Source: Squalus acanthias
Taxonomy: Eukaryota
Assembly: GCA_030390025.1 (NCBI GenBank)
Contig: CM059432.1
Location: forward strand, 56,794,001 to 56,858,000
Direction: 5' to 3'
DNA length: 64,000 bases
In this document: in pieces, positions 1-12,273 of the stretch
Numbering within the stretch: the stretch's first letter is position 1
Layout: the number at the start of each line of letters is the position of its first letter
Notes under the pieces: generated by a model
Told to the model about the DNA's origin: nothing
Databases searched by the model: none
Seen by the model: only the letters and a program-made list of their open reading frames with translations
Position numbers and translations under genes: made by a program

Positions 1-730
1 ATCCACGACGTCCTCAGCATCGCGAATGCTCCAGTATGTATCCATTTGCAGCTCCAGCGCCGCAATGCGGTCTGCCAGTAGCTGCAGCTGGATATACTTC
101 CCGCATACATGGTCGTCAGGGACACAGGAAGTGTCCCTGATTTCCCACATAGTGCAGGAGGAGCATGCCACGGGGCCGAGCTGTGCTGCCATGACTTACC
201 CTTTAATTAATTTAAATTAAATTAAATCAAATCAATACCACAAATTACACTACAATTAAATGATATAGTCAAGGGCCCTTGTTTACTCGCACTCTCCGCT
301 ACACAACTGAGACCTTAGAAACTATAACCACAAAATTAAGACCTTCTAAACTTATTAAACTATTAACCTTAACTGTCAAACGATAGAGTTGTATAAATAC
401 TCACCTGGCCGTACTCACCCAATCAGCTGCTTCCTCTTGCCCGCGTCACTTTTTGAATCGTGACGTGGCTCTGGAACGCCGCTGCCAGTCTGCAAGATTG
501 GTAAGCCTCTGAGGAAAAAAGCCCGCGAAAGTGAGTTTAAATACTCACTGTACTTCTGCTCTCTCCGCTCCTGACACCAGCCTCTGGAAAAAAAAAGCCC
601 GCAAAAGTGAGTTTAAATACTCACTGTACCATTGCGCTCTCCGCTCCCGACACCGGCCTCTGCAAAAAAAAAAAAAAAGCCCGCGAAAGTGAGTTTATAT
701 ATTCACTGTACCGTCGCTCTCTCCGCTCCC
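1..730 (-). mobile_element. 5' end of a CR1-clade LINE (5' UTR plus start of ORF1); runs off the window edge
   Basis: Minus-strand frame from ATG at 192 reads MAAQLGPVACSSCTMWEIRDTSCVPDDHVCGKYIQLQLLADRIAALELQMD. This is homologous to the ORF1 N-terminus at 47074 (MAGQAMCCSCSMWELEDPSVIHSDHICSKCLQVEELRLRVDELE): Cys zinc finger plus leucine zipper. Confidence 0.8.
506..730. repeat. About 75-bp tandem repeat x3 in the CR1 5' UTR
   Basis: Three copies of gcctctg..(a)n-gcccgcgaaagtgagtttaaatactcactgtac..ctctccgctcc. Each has an AGTGAGT/ACTCACT inverted repeat (imperfect in the third). Confidence 0.85.
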
Positions 731-732
731 GC

Positions 733-1852
733 TTTCTGGATATTAGCATGGATAGAGAATTGGCTAACTAACAGAAAACAGAGAGTCAGGATAAATGGGT
801 CATTTTCCGGTTGGCAAACGGTAACTAGTGGGGTGCCACAGGGAATCAGTGCTGGGGCCTCAACTATTTACAATCTATGTTAATGACTTGGATGAACGGA
901 CCGAGTGTAATGTAGCCAAATTTGCTGCTGATGCAAAGATAGTTTGGGAAAGCAAGTTGTGAAGAGGACTCAAGAATCTGCAAAGGGATATAGACAGGCT
1001 AAGTGAGTGGGCAAACATTTGGCAGATGGAGTATAATGTGGAAAACTGCGAGGTTATCCACTTTGGTAAGAAAAATAAAAAAAGCGAATTATTATTTAAC
1101 TGGAGAGAGATTACAAAATACTGCAGTTCAGAGGGAGCTGGGGTCCTTTGTGCATGAAACACAAAAAGTTAGCATGCAGGTGCAGCAAGTAATCAGGAAG
1201 GCAAATGGAATGTTGGCCTTTATTGCAAGGGGGTTGGAGTATAAAAGCAGGGAAGACCTGCTACAACTGTACAGGGTATTGGTGAGACCACACCTGGAGT
1301 ACTGCGTACAGTTTTGGTCTCCTTATTTAAGGAGGGATATACTTGCATTGGAGGCAGTTCAGAGAAGGTTCACGAGGTTGATTCCTGAGATGAAGGGTTT
1401 GACTTATGAAGAAAGGTTGAGCAGGTTGGGCCTATACTTATTGGAGTTTAGAAGAATGAGAGGGGATAATATTGAAACATATAAGATACTGAAGGGGCTC
1501 GACAAGGTAAATGCAGAGAAGATGTTTCCCCTCATGGGGGAATCTAGAACTAGGGGGCATAGTTTCAGAATAAGAGGTCGCCCATTTAAAACTGAGATGA
1601 GGAGGAATTTCTTCTCTGAGGGTCGTAAATCTGTAGAATTCTCTGCCCCAGAGAGCTGTGGAGGCTAGGTCATTGAATATATTTAAGGTGGAGATAGACA
1701 GATTTTTGAACAATAAGGGAATGAAGGGTTATGGGGAGCGGGCAGGGAAATGGAGTTGAGACCAAGATCAGATCAGCAATTATCTCATTAAATGGCGGAG
1801 CAGGCTCAAGGGGCCAAATGGCCTACTCCTGCTCTTATTTCTTATGTTATGT
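733..1852 (+). mobile_element. CR1/HER1-like LINE, 5'-truncated (RT C-terminal half plus 3' tail), frameshifted
   Basis: WIENWLTNRKQRVRINGSFSGWQTVTSGVPQG, FAADAK, LVRPHLEYCVQFWSPY motifs. Tail ggcctactcctgctcttatttcttatgttatgtt. Confidence 0.95.
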
Positions 1853-1944
1853 TAGGGGAATAGATTGATACAAGCATGGTGGGAAGAGTTGGGGGGAGGC
1901 TCATCTGGAGTATAAACAACGGCATAGACAAGTTAGCCTGAATG

Positions 1945-2065
1945 GCGTTTCCCACATTACAACAGTGACTACACTCCAAAAGTACTTCATTGGCTGTAAA
2001 GCGCTTTGAGACGTCCGGTGGTTGTGAAAGGCGCTATAGAAATGCAAGTCTTTCTTTCTTTCTTT
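1945..2065 (+). mobile_element. 3' end of a Deu-domain SINE (SacSINE1/AmnSINE1-like)
   Basis: cattacaacagtgactacactccaaaagtacttcattggctgtaaagcgctttg...aaaggcgctatagaaatgcaagtc(tttc)n. Matches the reverse complement of 55403-55520. Confidence 0.8.
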
Positions 2066-2569
2066 TCTCCCTTTCCTCTGTTTCTCCTCTTGAAATCTAG
2101 AATGTACACCAACAATGGGATTTTTCCACAATATGTTAGCAGCAGATGATAATAGGTACAGATTTTTGATGACTCCATTGAAATGCAGCATGTTTTAAAT
2201 ACATTTATCTTTTTATATTCAAATTTTCAGCAGACAATGCGCTTAAGGGCAAGATGGAAAAGTTTTCACTGATGGGATTGACCTATTAAGGATCACTTTG
2301 ATAAGCAGTGTGGCATCTTAGGTTTAATGGTGTTGCCTGTAATGTCCAATATCTAACTATACGATAGCATAACCCAAGGGTGTAACAATAGTATCTCCAA
2401 TGATCTGAATTGGACATTCGTGTAATTCGGGTGTGTGCTTCGTCAATCTCTTTAAATGTGGACCGAAAAACACTTCTTAAGGCAAGGCCAGAAACAAATC
2501 ATTAAAATGCTTTACCTCATAGGAAGAGCAACAGTTAAGATCAAATTCACTTAGTTTAATCAGAATAGC

Positions 2570-3345
2570 ACTGCACCCTGTAGATAGTACACACTGCAGC
2601 CACGGTACGCCATTGGTAGAGGGATGGATGTTTAAGCCAGTGAATGGGGTGCCGATCTAGTGAACTGTTGTGTCCTTTGTCATACTGTGGTGTCGAGCTA
2701 CTTGAGTGTTATTGGAGCTGCACCCATCCAGGTTAGTGGAGCGTATTCCATCACACTCCTGACTTGTGTCTTGAGGATGGTAGCGCCTTTGGGGAGTCAG
2801 GAGGTGAGCCATTCGCCATAGAATACCCAGCTTCTGACCTGTTCTAGTAGCCACGGCATTTATGTGGCTGGTCCAGTTGAGTTTATGGTTAATGGTGACC
2901 CTTGGATTCTGATGGTGGTAATCCCATTGAATGGCATGGGGAGGTGGTTATGCTTTCTTGTTGGATGTGGTCATAGCCCGGCACTTGTGTGGCGCGAATA
3001 TTATGTGGAACACATCAGCCCAAGCCTGTATGTTGTTCAGGTCTTGCTGCAAGCAGGCATGGACTGCTTCATTATCTGAAGAATTGCGAATGGAGCTGAA
3101 CACTGCATTCATCAGCGAAAGACAACCTATATTTACACAGCGCTTTTAACGTAATAAAACGTCCCAAACTCCTGCAGTGATATCCTGGGGCTAAGAAGAT
3201 TGACTCCAAAGACCACAACCATCTTCCTTTGTGCCAGCTATGACTCCAGCCACTGAAGTGTTTTCCCCCGATCCTATTAACTTCAGTTTTACTAGAACTT
3301 CTTGGTGCCACACTTGGTCCAATGCTGCTTTGATGTCATGAGAAC
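2570..3345 (-). mobile_element. Decayed fragments of a Zenon-like (CR1-group) LINE RT
   Basis: ATRTGQKLGILWRMAHLLTPQ and HDIKAALDQVWHQEVLVKLK match the family at 56560-58380. Confidence 0.75.
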
Positions 3346-6300
3346 ATAACATAATAATCAGGAGCAGGAGTGGGCCATACAGCCCCTCGAGCCTGCTCCA
3401 CCATTCAATAAGATCGTAGTTGATCTTCGAACTCAACTCCACTTTCCCACCCGATCTCCATATCCTTTGATTCCCCTTGAGTCCAAAAATCTGTCTATCT
3501 CAGCCTTGAATATACTCAACGATTCAGCATCCACAGCCCTTTGGGATAGATAATTCCAAAGATTCAAACCCATGACTGAAGAAATTCCTCCTCCTCTCAG
3601 TCTTAAATGGCCGACCCCTTTTTTCCTGAGACTATGCCCCCTAGTTCGAGACACCCAGCCAGGAGAAACAACCTTTCCGCATCTACCCTGTCAACCCCCC
3701 TCAGAATCTTATATGTTTCACTGAGATCACCTCTTATTCTACTAAACTCCAGAGAGTATAGGCCCAATCTACTCACGCTGTCCTCATAGGGCAACCTTTT
3801 CATCCCAGGAATCAGTCTACTGAACCTTCATTGCATTGCCTCTAAGGCAAATATATCCTTCCTTAGATAAGAAAACCAAACTGTGCACAGTACTCCAGGT
3901 GTGGTCTCACCAAAGCTCTCTACAATTGTAGCAAGACCTCCTTACTCTTGTTTTGCAACCCCCTAGCAATAAAGACCAATATTCCATTTGGCTTCCTAAT
4001 TGCTTGTTGTACCTGCATGCTAACTCTCTTTATTTCCTGTACCTAAATCTCTCTGAACACCAACATTTAATAGTTTCTCACCATTTAAAAAAATTCTATT
4101 TTTCTATTCTTCCTACCAAAGTGAATAACCTCACATTTCCCCACATTGTACTCCATCTGCCACCTTATTGCCCACTCGCTTAACCTGTCTGTATCCCTTT
4201 GCTGGCTCTTTGTGTCCTCCTCACAGCTTACTTTCCCACCTAGCTTTGTATCGTCAGCAAACTTGGATACTTTACACTCGGTCCCTTCATCTAAGTCATT
4301 AAAAAAGATTGTAAATAGCTGAGGCCCAAGCACTGATCCTTAGGGCACCCCACCAGTTACAGTCTGCCAACCTGAAAATGACACGTTTATCCCTACTCTC
4401 TGTTTTCTGTCCATTAACTAATCCTCTATCCATGCTAATACATTACCCCCAACCCCATGTGGCCTTATCTTGCGTAACAACCTTTTATATGGCATCTTAT
4501 TGAATGCCTTTTGGAAATCCAAATATAATACATCCACTGGTTCCCCTTTATCTACCCTGCTAGTTACATCCTGAAAAAAAACTTGATTAAATTTGTCAAA
4601 CACGACTTTCCTTTCATAAAACCATGTTGACTCTGCCTAATCATTGGAGTTCAGAAGAATGAGAGGCGATCTTATTGAAACATATAAGATTGTGAAGGGG
4701 CTTGATTGGGTGGATGCGATAAGGATGTTCCCAAGGATGGGTGAAACTAGAACTAGGGGGCATAATCTTAGAATAAGGTGCTGCTCTTTCAAAACTGAGA
4801 TGAGGAGAAACTTCTTCACTCAGAGGGTAATAGGTATATGGAATTTGCTGCCCCAGGAAGCTGTGGAAGCTACATCATTAAATAAATTTAAAACAGAAAT
4901 AGACAGTTTCCTAGAAGTAAAGGGAATTAGGGGTTACGGGGAGTGGGCAGGAAATTGGACATGAGGCTGAGTTCGGATCGGTCACGGCCCTGTGGGTGGC
5001 GGAGCGGGCCCAGGGGCTGAGTGGCCGGGTCCTGCTCCTACTTCTTGTGTTCTTTAGATTCGAGGTTAGGATCAGATCAGCCATGATCTTATTGAATGGC
5101 GGAGCAGGCTCGAGGGGCCGATTGGCCTACTCCTGCTCCTATTTCTTATGTTCTTATTATGTTCTTATATTATTTTCTAAGTGCCCTGTTACCACTTCCT
5201 TATAATGGATTCCAGCATTTTCCCGACGACTGATGTCAGGCTAACTGGCCTGTAGTTCCCTGTTTTCTCTCTCCCTCCTTTCTTGAATAGCGGGGTTACA
5301 TTTGCTAGCTTCTAATCTGCTGGGACCGTTTTAGAATCTAGGAAATTTTGGAAAAACACAACCAATGCATTCACTATCTCTGGAGCCACCTCTTTTAGAA
5401 ACCTGGGACGTAGGCCATCAGGTCCAGGGGATTTGTCAGCTTTTAGTCCCATTAGTTTCTCAAGTACTTTTCCTCTGCTGATATTAATCACTTTAAGTTC
5501 CTCACTCTCATTATTTCTGGTATGCCTTTTGGGTTTTCTGCTGTGAAGACAGATACAAAATATTTGTTTAAAGTCGCTGCCATTTCCTTATTCCCCATTA
5601 TAATTTCTCCTGTCTCAGCCTCTAAGGGACCAATGCTTACTTTTGCTACTCACTTTCTTTTTACATACATGTAGAAGCTCTTACAATCTGTTTTGATATT
5701 TCTTGCTAGTTTACGCTCATGTTCTATTTTCCCCTCTATCAATTTTTTGGTCATCCTTTGCTGGTTTCTAAAGCTCTCCCAATCCTCAGGCTTACTACTA
5801 TTCTTTGCAACATTATACGCCTTTTCTTTTAATCTAATACTATCCTTAACTTCTTTAGTTAACCACGGATGGATTACTCCTTCCCATGGAGTTTTTATTT
5901 CCCAATGTAATGTATATTCATTGAGAATTTTTAAATATTTCTTTAAATGTTTGCCACTGTTTATCTACCGTCATACGTTTTAATCTAATTTCCCAATCTA
6001 CCTTAGCCAACTCGCCCCTCATATCTATGTAATTGACTTTATTTAAGTTTAAGACTCTAGTTTCGTACTTGTGTATTTCACTCTCAAACTCAATGTGAAA
6101 TTCGATCATAATATGATCACTCTTCCCCAGTGGAGCTTTATTATGAGATTACTAATTAATCCTGTCTCATTGCACAGTACAAGATCTAAAATAGCCTGTT
6201 CCCTGGTTGCTTCCCTGACGTATTGTTCTAGGAAACTGTCTCGAATGCATTCCTGAACTCGTCCTCCAGACTACCTTTGCCAATTTGATTTGCCCAGACT

Positions 6301-7230
6301 ATATGAAGATTAAAGTCCCCCACGATTATTGTATTACCATTGTTACAAGCTCCTCTAATTTCTTGATTAATACTCTATCCAACCGTATAGCTATTGTTTG
6401 GGCTCCTATAAACTACTCCCAATTGTGTTTTCTTCCCATTGTTATTTCTTATCTCCACCCATACTGATTCTATTTCCTGATCTTCCAAACCAAGATCCTT
6501 TCTCACTACTGTCCTTATCATCCTTTATTATCAGGGCTACCCCCACCCCCCACTTCCCCATTCTGCCAGTGTTTTCGAAATGACAAGTACTCTGGAATAT
6601 TTAGTTTCCAACCTTGGTCACCTTGCAACCATGTCTCTGTAATGGCTATTAGATCAAACCAATTTATCGTTATTTGTGCCACTAATACATCTATATTGCT
6701 ACGGATGCTTCGTGCATTCAGATCGAGATTTTAATTTTAACTTTTCACCATTATCCCCTGCTTTCACCTTATTCGCTGATGCACTATTACCGTTAAACTC
6801 TCTGTCCCTTTCTGTCACACTCTGCTTATCTTAACCCAAATGCTCCACTGCCTTGACTTTTCTCTTTATATTTCTAAATTTCCCCTCACCTGAGCCACCG
6901 CCCCCCCTTTTTAATTTAAAGCCTAGTTATTCGATTCACCAGGACACTGGTCCCAGCCCGGTTTAAATAAAGCCCGTCCCAACAGAACAGCTCCCTCTTT
7001 CCGCAGTACTGGTGCCAGTGCCCCATGAATCAAAATCCCTTCCTCCCACACTACTCTTTGAGCCACGCATTTAACACTCTAATCTGCTTGTCCCTATGCC
7101 AATTTGCGCGTGGCTCAGGTAACAATCCAGAGATTATTACCTTTTGAGGTTCTGCATTTTAATTTGGACCCTAGCTCCTCAAACTCTCTCGGCAGAACCT
7201 CATTCCTAGTTCTACCTATGTTGTTTGTTC
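3345..7230 (-). mobile_element. Long decayed CR1 LINE (3' tail, RT, endonuclease region, end of ORF1 esterase), interrupted at 4644-5164
   Basis: Tail at 3345. LGPQLFTIFFNDLDEGTECKVSKFADDTK, VDVLYLDFQKAF, and TNNIGRTRNEVL (ORF1) near 7200. Colinear with the 43541-47533 element. Confidence 0.9.
4644..5164 (+). mobile_element. CR1 3' fragment nested antisense inside another CR1; carries a duplicated 3' tail
   Basis: EFRRMRGDLIETYKIVKGLD...GYGEWAGNWT, then two tail-like units. Host sequence ctctgcctaatca|ttatattattttctaagtg rejoins across it (compare 19460-19498). Confidence 0.9.
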
Positions 7231-7349
7231 CTCCTCTCTCTGCACCGAATTCCCACTCTCGCCAAATTCCCAACTTTAACACTCTGTTTAGAAGCACTCT
7301 GTTTAAGACCATTCTGTGCAGACCACTCTCTGCGTCAGCAGATACTGTT

Positions 7350-7580
7350 AACTTGTCAAAGGGCAGTCACTGTCACCTCATTTCTGGAATTCGGCTCTTT
7401 TGTCCATGTTTGGACCAAGGCTGTAATGAGGTCTGGAGCCACGTGGTCCTGGCGGAATCCAAACTGAGCATTGGTGAGCAGGTTATTGGTGAGTAAGTGC
7501 CACTTAATAGCACTGTTGACAACTCCTTCCATCACTTAGCTGACGATTGTGAGTAGACTGATGGGGCTGGAATTGGCTGG
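7350..7580 (-). mobile_element. Zenon-like LINE RT fragment
   Basis: tgtccatgtttggaccaaggctgtaatgaggtctggagc...ccttccatcactt is similar to 51770-51910 and to the reverse complement of 57100-57290. Confidence 0.65.
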
Positions 7581-8844
7581 GTAATTGATGTCATAGCTTC
7601 TTAGTTATGCTGTCCCATGGATTTTTTCCCACACATCTGTACATAGTGTAACCCCTGAGGAGTTTAGAGAGTTCTTGCAACGTGAAGTCTGAAGGTATCT
7701 AACTCTTTTTTTTTTAGCAAAGTAGTATATATTAAGAAACAAAAATAGCTTTTTAAAATAGTTGCTGTTTCTTTTTGTTCTAAAATTTAATATATTTTTT
7801 AAATTAGAGTGATTGACCTTAGATGAAAGTCAGGGATTGCAATGTCATGCTTTAATATCTTGCTGAGTTGCATAAGATTTACTTCACGCTACTATGATGC
7901 TGGACATAGTAAAATTTATTTAAGTAGGGGAAATCAATATCACTGTTTTCATCAATCTAACATTACCTTCAGTACATTAATTTCCATAGACACCCACAAG
8001 CACATGCTTCATTATCATGACTTTTATGGAGTTTATGCTACTTTTGGCTCCAAACTGATTGTCAAAGGAATTTGCCTGCTATTTTTAGAAGTAATTGCAT
8101 CCATTCATTACGTGTCTAGATCTGTGATGAGACTTAATAAATCTAGTCTTGCACTATTTATTGCTTAGTTCAGCAGCTATGTATACATTCCATTGTACAG
8201 TATTCATGGTTAATCGTTTGATACAATATTTGTATCAGCAGTAAGATTTTTTACATTCTGTAGTAAATTATGCTACATAGGATGCACAATGTTTATGATA
8301 TAGTCAAGACACTAAAGCCTGCTACAGAGTGGTGGATTGTGCTGCCTTCTCTTTCATTAGCTGTTCTCTATTTTAAGAAAATTCTCCTTAGTTGCCCTCA
8401 CTCCATCTGAATAAAACAAAGATAATATTAATTTGCTATAGCTCAGCTATATAAACCATATGTAAACCATAAAACATGAAGAAATGAAATTTAAACTAAA
8501 TAAGTAATAAATTATTCTGAATACAAAATGATTTGACTATTTAAAAGTTATTTTCTTGATTAAAATTTCTTCAGACTATGTGATAGATTATATGGGGTAG
8601 GATAGTATAGTGGTTATTTTACTGAACTAGTAATGTTGAATGGTAATCCGGAGAACATGAGCTTGAACCCACTGACTCTGAGGCAAAATTGCTACCACTG
8701 GGCCAAGCTGGCAGTTGAACATTGGATGGACAAAAAGTATGACAATATTTATGAATATATTTTTGTTTTCTTCATTGGGAGACAAAGTTTAACATTTTTA
8801 TTGACCTTTCCCAATGACTCAGTACTTAAATATATTACATGATA

Positions 8845-9118
8845 CTGTCCCCCAATTTTGATTATTCCACTATTGGTGGCCGTGCCTTCAGCTGCCTAGG
8901 CTATAAGCTCTGGAATCCCCCCCCCCCCGCCGCCCACACAAACCTCTCTGCCTCTCTTTCCTCCTTTAAGACGCTCTTTAAAACCTACCTCTTGACCAAG
9001 CTTTTGGTCATCTGTCCAAATGTCTCCTGATGTGGCTCAGTGTCAAATTTTGTTCGGTAACGCTCCTGTGAAGCGCTTTTGAACGTTTTACTATGTTAAC
9101 AGTGCTATATAAATGCAA
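8845..9118 (+). mobile_element. L2-clade LINE 3' end
   Basis: STIGGRAFSCLGYKLWN...SLSSFKTLFKTYL, then tail gtgaagcgctttt...gtgctatataaatgcaa. Same family as 55850-56327. Confidence 0.85.
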
Positions 9119-9149
9119 AACCTGGAAGGCTCTTGGTTTGATTTTTGTT

Positions 9150-9460
9150 CCTTGCTGTATGAACCAATTGCACCCGGTGCATCAGTGGAGATACTTCACT
9201 TGGCCTCGGGGCAAGGATAAGAGAATCACCTAGAGTTCTCCGTCCTGATCACTAACTAGTGACCTGTGCTGGCACTGCAAGGATGTGGACATCAGATGAG
9301 GATAAATTAGCTGTAAGTCATTCTTCCCCACCCCCCCCCCCCACCCACCCTTGTCAAATCCTCACTACCTAGACTGTCCAAATAGGACTTGGGTGCGGTC
9401 ACAGAAAGCTGCTACATCTGTGGAACCATGTGCCAGTGTGAGTTACAGCCTTCAAGGGAA
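9150..9460 (+). mobile_element. Old SINE-like repeat; related copy at about 38380-38690 (minus)
   Basis: cctgatcactaactagtgacctgtgctgg...gatgaggata resembles the reverse complement of cctgtcctcag...gcaggggtcactggataatgatg at 38495-38545. Confidence 0.4.
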
Positions 9461-10520
9461 CAACGATGAACGAGAATATTTGAAAAGAAAAAAAACTAGG
9501 ATAAAACTGCTCTTTTTTTAATAGTTAATATAATATTTTTAATATAGCATATTTTATATCCTACATTATAACATTTTTCCTCAGTTTATTTCTGAGAGAT
9601 ACAAATATATTGTGCTAGAAGTTGAAGTCTGTAATATGTTCAACTTTTTTTAAGCTTTAAGTAATCAAATTTTGAGTGTATGGATGTGGATGTTGCTGCT
9701 GCTCGGAACTTGATTGTAGAGTTAAAGATCATAGCAGATGAATTTGATTGCAAATTTTGCATGAAAGTGTACTATCTTCACATCTGAATTTGTCAATCAT
9801 GTGTTGCAAAAGTTGCATCAGTCTTGTTTTATTTACTGTTATTGCCGATATTAATAACTTGGTTTCTTGCTGAATAATAATGCAAACGTGAGTTTTTGGC
9901 CTGCATGTACAAAATGAAAAGTATGATATAATCCAGTTAAGATATATATGCCTTGCAATCATGAAATCTTTGAATGATTTGGTTTAACTTCCCACTGCTT
10001 TGGAAAGCACCTTGGGACATTTTCTACATTAAGCACATATTATAAGTGCAAGTTGTTTTGTTTATCATCAATGTTACCTGAAAGGTATATGCGCACACAT
10101 TTTAAAAGGTTGAATTCAGCAAATATCTAAGGCACAAAGGATTTTGGATAAGTATTTGAAACAGGTAAAAGGATACAGTGAAGGGGCAGGGAAATGGCAT
10201 TAGCGAAGCTGGCTCTAGTTGAAGAACTAACACCACTACAGGTGTGATGGGTCAAATGGCCTCCTTCTGTGCTGTTATTTCCTTCATTCTTCGTCCATAC
10301 TTTAATCCCTTTTAACTATTGTTTCTCCCATTCCCCCCCCCTCCACCTAGTAAAGGACCGTGGAACAAGTTTTACATTAAAGGTGTTACATAAATACAAA
10401 TTGCTGTTCTATTATGGGAATCTACAGTCAGATCTGCCTGGTTATAGTTTATAAACATATCAAAATGAAGGATAGGAAAAGTATAGCAGGTCCATTGACT
10501 CTATCCTACACTGTAATATT

Positions 10521-11257
10521 GGCCCAAAAATTCATGAGGAAGCCTTCGTGCGAGGGTAAGGCTTCCCCGCGATCTCTCACTGCGCGTTGGCTTTTCAGTT
10601 CCAGCTCGCACGAACTTGATGTTCTGGACAGCTGCTGTGCTGGGCTTGCGTATCCCACAGGCGTTGTTAATTTGTGCGAGCTGTGGGATCACGTGACTCA
10701 GTTAGAGCCAATGGCAGCACACCATCTTCCATTCATAACTTTCACATAAGTGCTGTGAAAGCTATGAATACTATAGCCCCCCAAAAGAACAGCTAAACCT
10801 CAATTAAATAAAAAAAAAAATCACATTAATAAAATAAGTATAGTTAAATAAATTAACCATTTTAAATAAAAAATTAAATTTTTGAAAACATTTAAAATCT
10901 TTTAAAAAGTTATAAAAATAAACTTACCTGTCTTTAAAGTCTCTAAAAAAGATATACCTGTTAAAAAAATTCAAAATAATACTTAATTCACTACTTACCT
11001 TGTTAAAAGTGGGTCTTACTCCTCCTTTTTTATGTGTAAAATCTTCCATACTTACCTGCGTGTTGAAACCACTAAGTGCACTGCATGCGCGCAGCCTGTA
11101 GTGGGCACGCGGTTCACCTAGGAACCGCCCCCTTTTCCATTCACCAAGTGCCGGTTTTCAGCGCATGCGCAGTGCATGCAGAAAACCGGCAATTGGAGAC
11201 AGAATACGCGAGAGTACACAGTGCGTACTCTCGCGTATCAACACAAATTTTTGGGCC
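10521..11257. mobile_element. Non-autonomous PIF/Harbinger-type MITE, family A copy 1
   Basis: TIRs GGCCCAAAAATT / AATTTTTGGGCC, 3-bp TSD ATT on both sides, GC-rich ends, AT-rich core. Reverse-oriented relative at 60939-61686. Confidence 0.85.
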
Positions 11258-11395
11258 ATTGTAACTTCTGCACACCATTACCCCCATCCGCTTCCCCCAC
11301 TTGTCCCCACCAGACATGCAATCTCCTATGAGAAAGAAAGAAAAACCTGAAGCCAATTGTAGGATGTGTGGAATTACCCCTCGCCCCATCCAACA

Positions 11396-11965
11396 GGTTA
11401 TAGAGTTCGGACTTGAGACTTATGAGAAATTACACCAGACACATGGGTTCTGCCTTTAACCTTTTATTGTTCCTAAGACAGATTCAAAACCCCAACCACT
11501 ATTCGAGCAGTACACCAATAATGTTACAAGAAATCATACATACAACCACCCGCAGATGATCAGTCCAGCGTTGATTTTAGACCACTTGCTTTCGACTGCA
11601 GCTCATCGAGTTGAGGCGATCAGCCAGGCCCCTTCTTCCAACTGCAGTGCCAATATTTTTAGTCACTGGTTTTTATACAGTTTTCCTTGCCCTTTTCAGT
11701 AAATCAATCATTCCGAGATTGTGAGATGTTCCTTTTAATGTTCGACTTAAGTTGTTTGAGCTGTCAAACTTTCGCACCCGCACATTCTGTATGGTTATCC
11801 GTTAGCTGCCTTTATGAAAGCCCAAAATTGTTCATTCACTCAAAAGCTTACAAAAGTGGCAGTGAACCACTTGGTCACATTTCACGTGTTACGTTGCATC
11901 CTGTATTTCAGAACTTCAAAGGCTTGACTCCTCCCGTTTAGCCACCAAAAGTCGTTCTACAACCT
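11396..11965 (-). mobile_element. Possible solo LTR or other unclassified insertion
   Basis: Minus strand starts TGTAGAA, with TATAAAAA at about 11677 and AATAAA at about 11467. Imperfect terminal IR aggttatagag / ttctacaacct. No TSD found. Confidence 0.35.
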
Positions 11966-12273
11966 TGTGGCCTGTTTTGTTGTAGACACGAAGGGCTAGA
12001 TTTTGCCAGTGTGGGTGGGCTGGGGCATGTCAGGTGGCATTCGTGTCAGGACCCCGACTCCGAAGTGAAGTGGAGAAAAAAGTGCGATTTTCCCCTAATT
12101 GGGCAATTGATTTCCAGCATGTGGGAACCCCTGGCCCAATCAGTCTTTTCATACAGAAAGTCGCCTCCGATGACGTCATCATTGCTGCTGGATTTAAGGC
12201 CTGCAAGCAGCCTTGCTTCTTCTGGAGACTGCAAACTTTATGGTGATTGTAGTAAGGAATTCATTGATCGACT

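Noticed and set aside
506..730. CRISPR-like palindromic repeats
   Set aside because: The intervening sequences are themselves repeated, the context is a eukaryotic LINE, and there are no cas genes.
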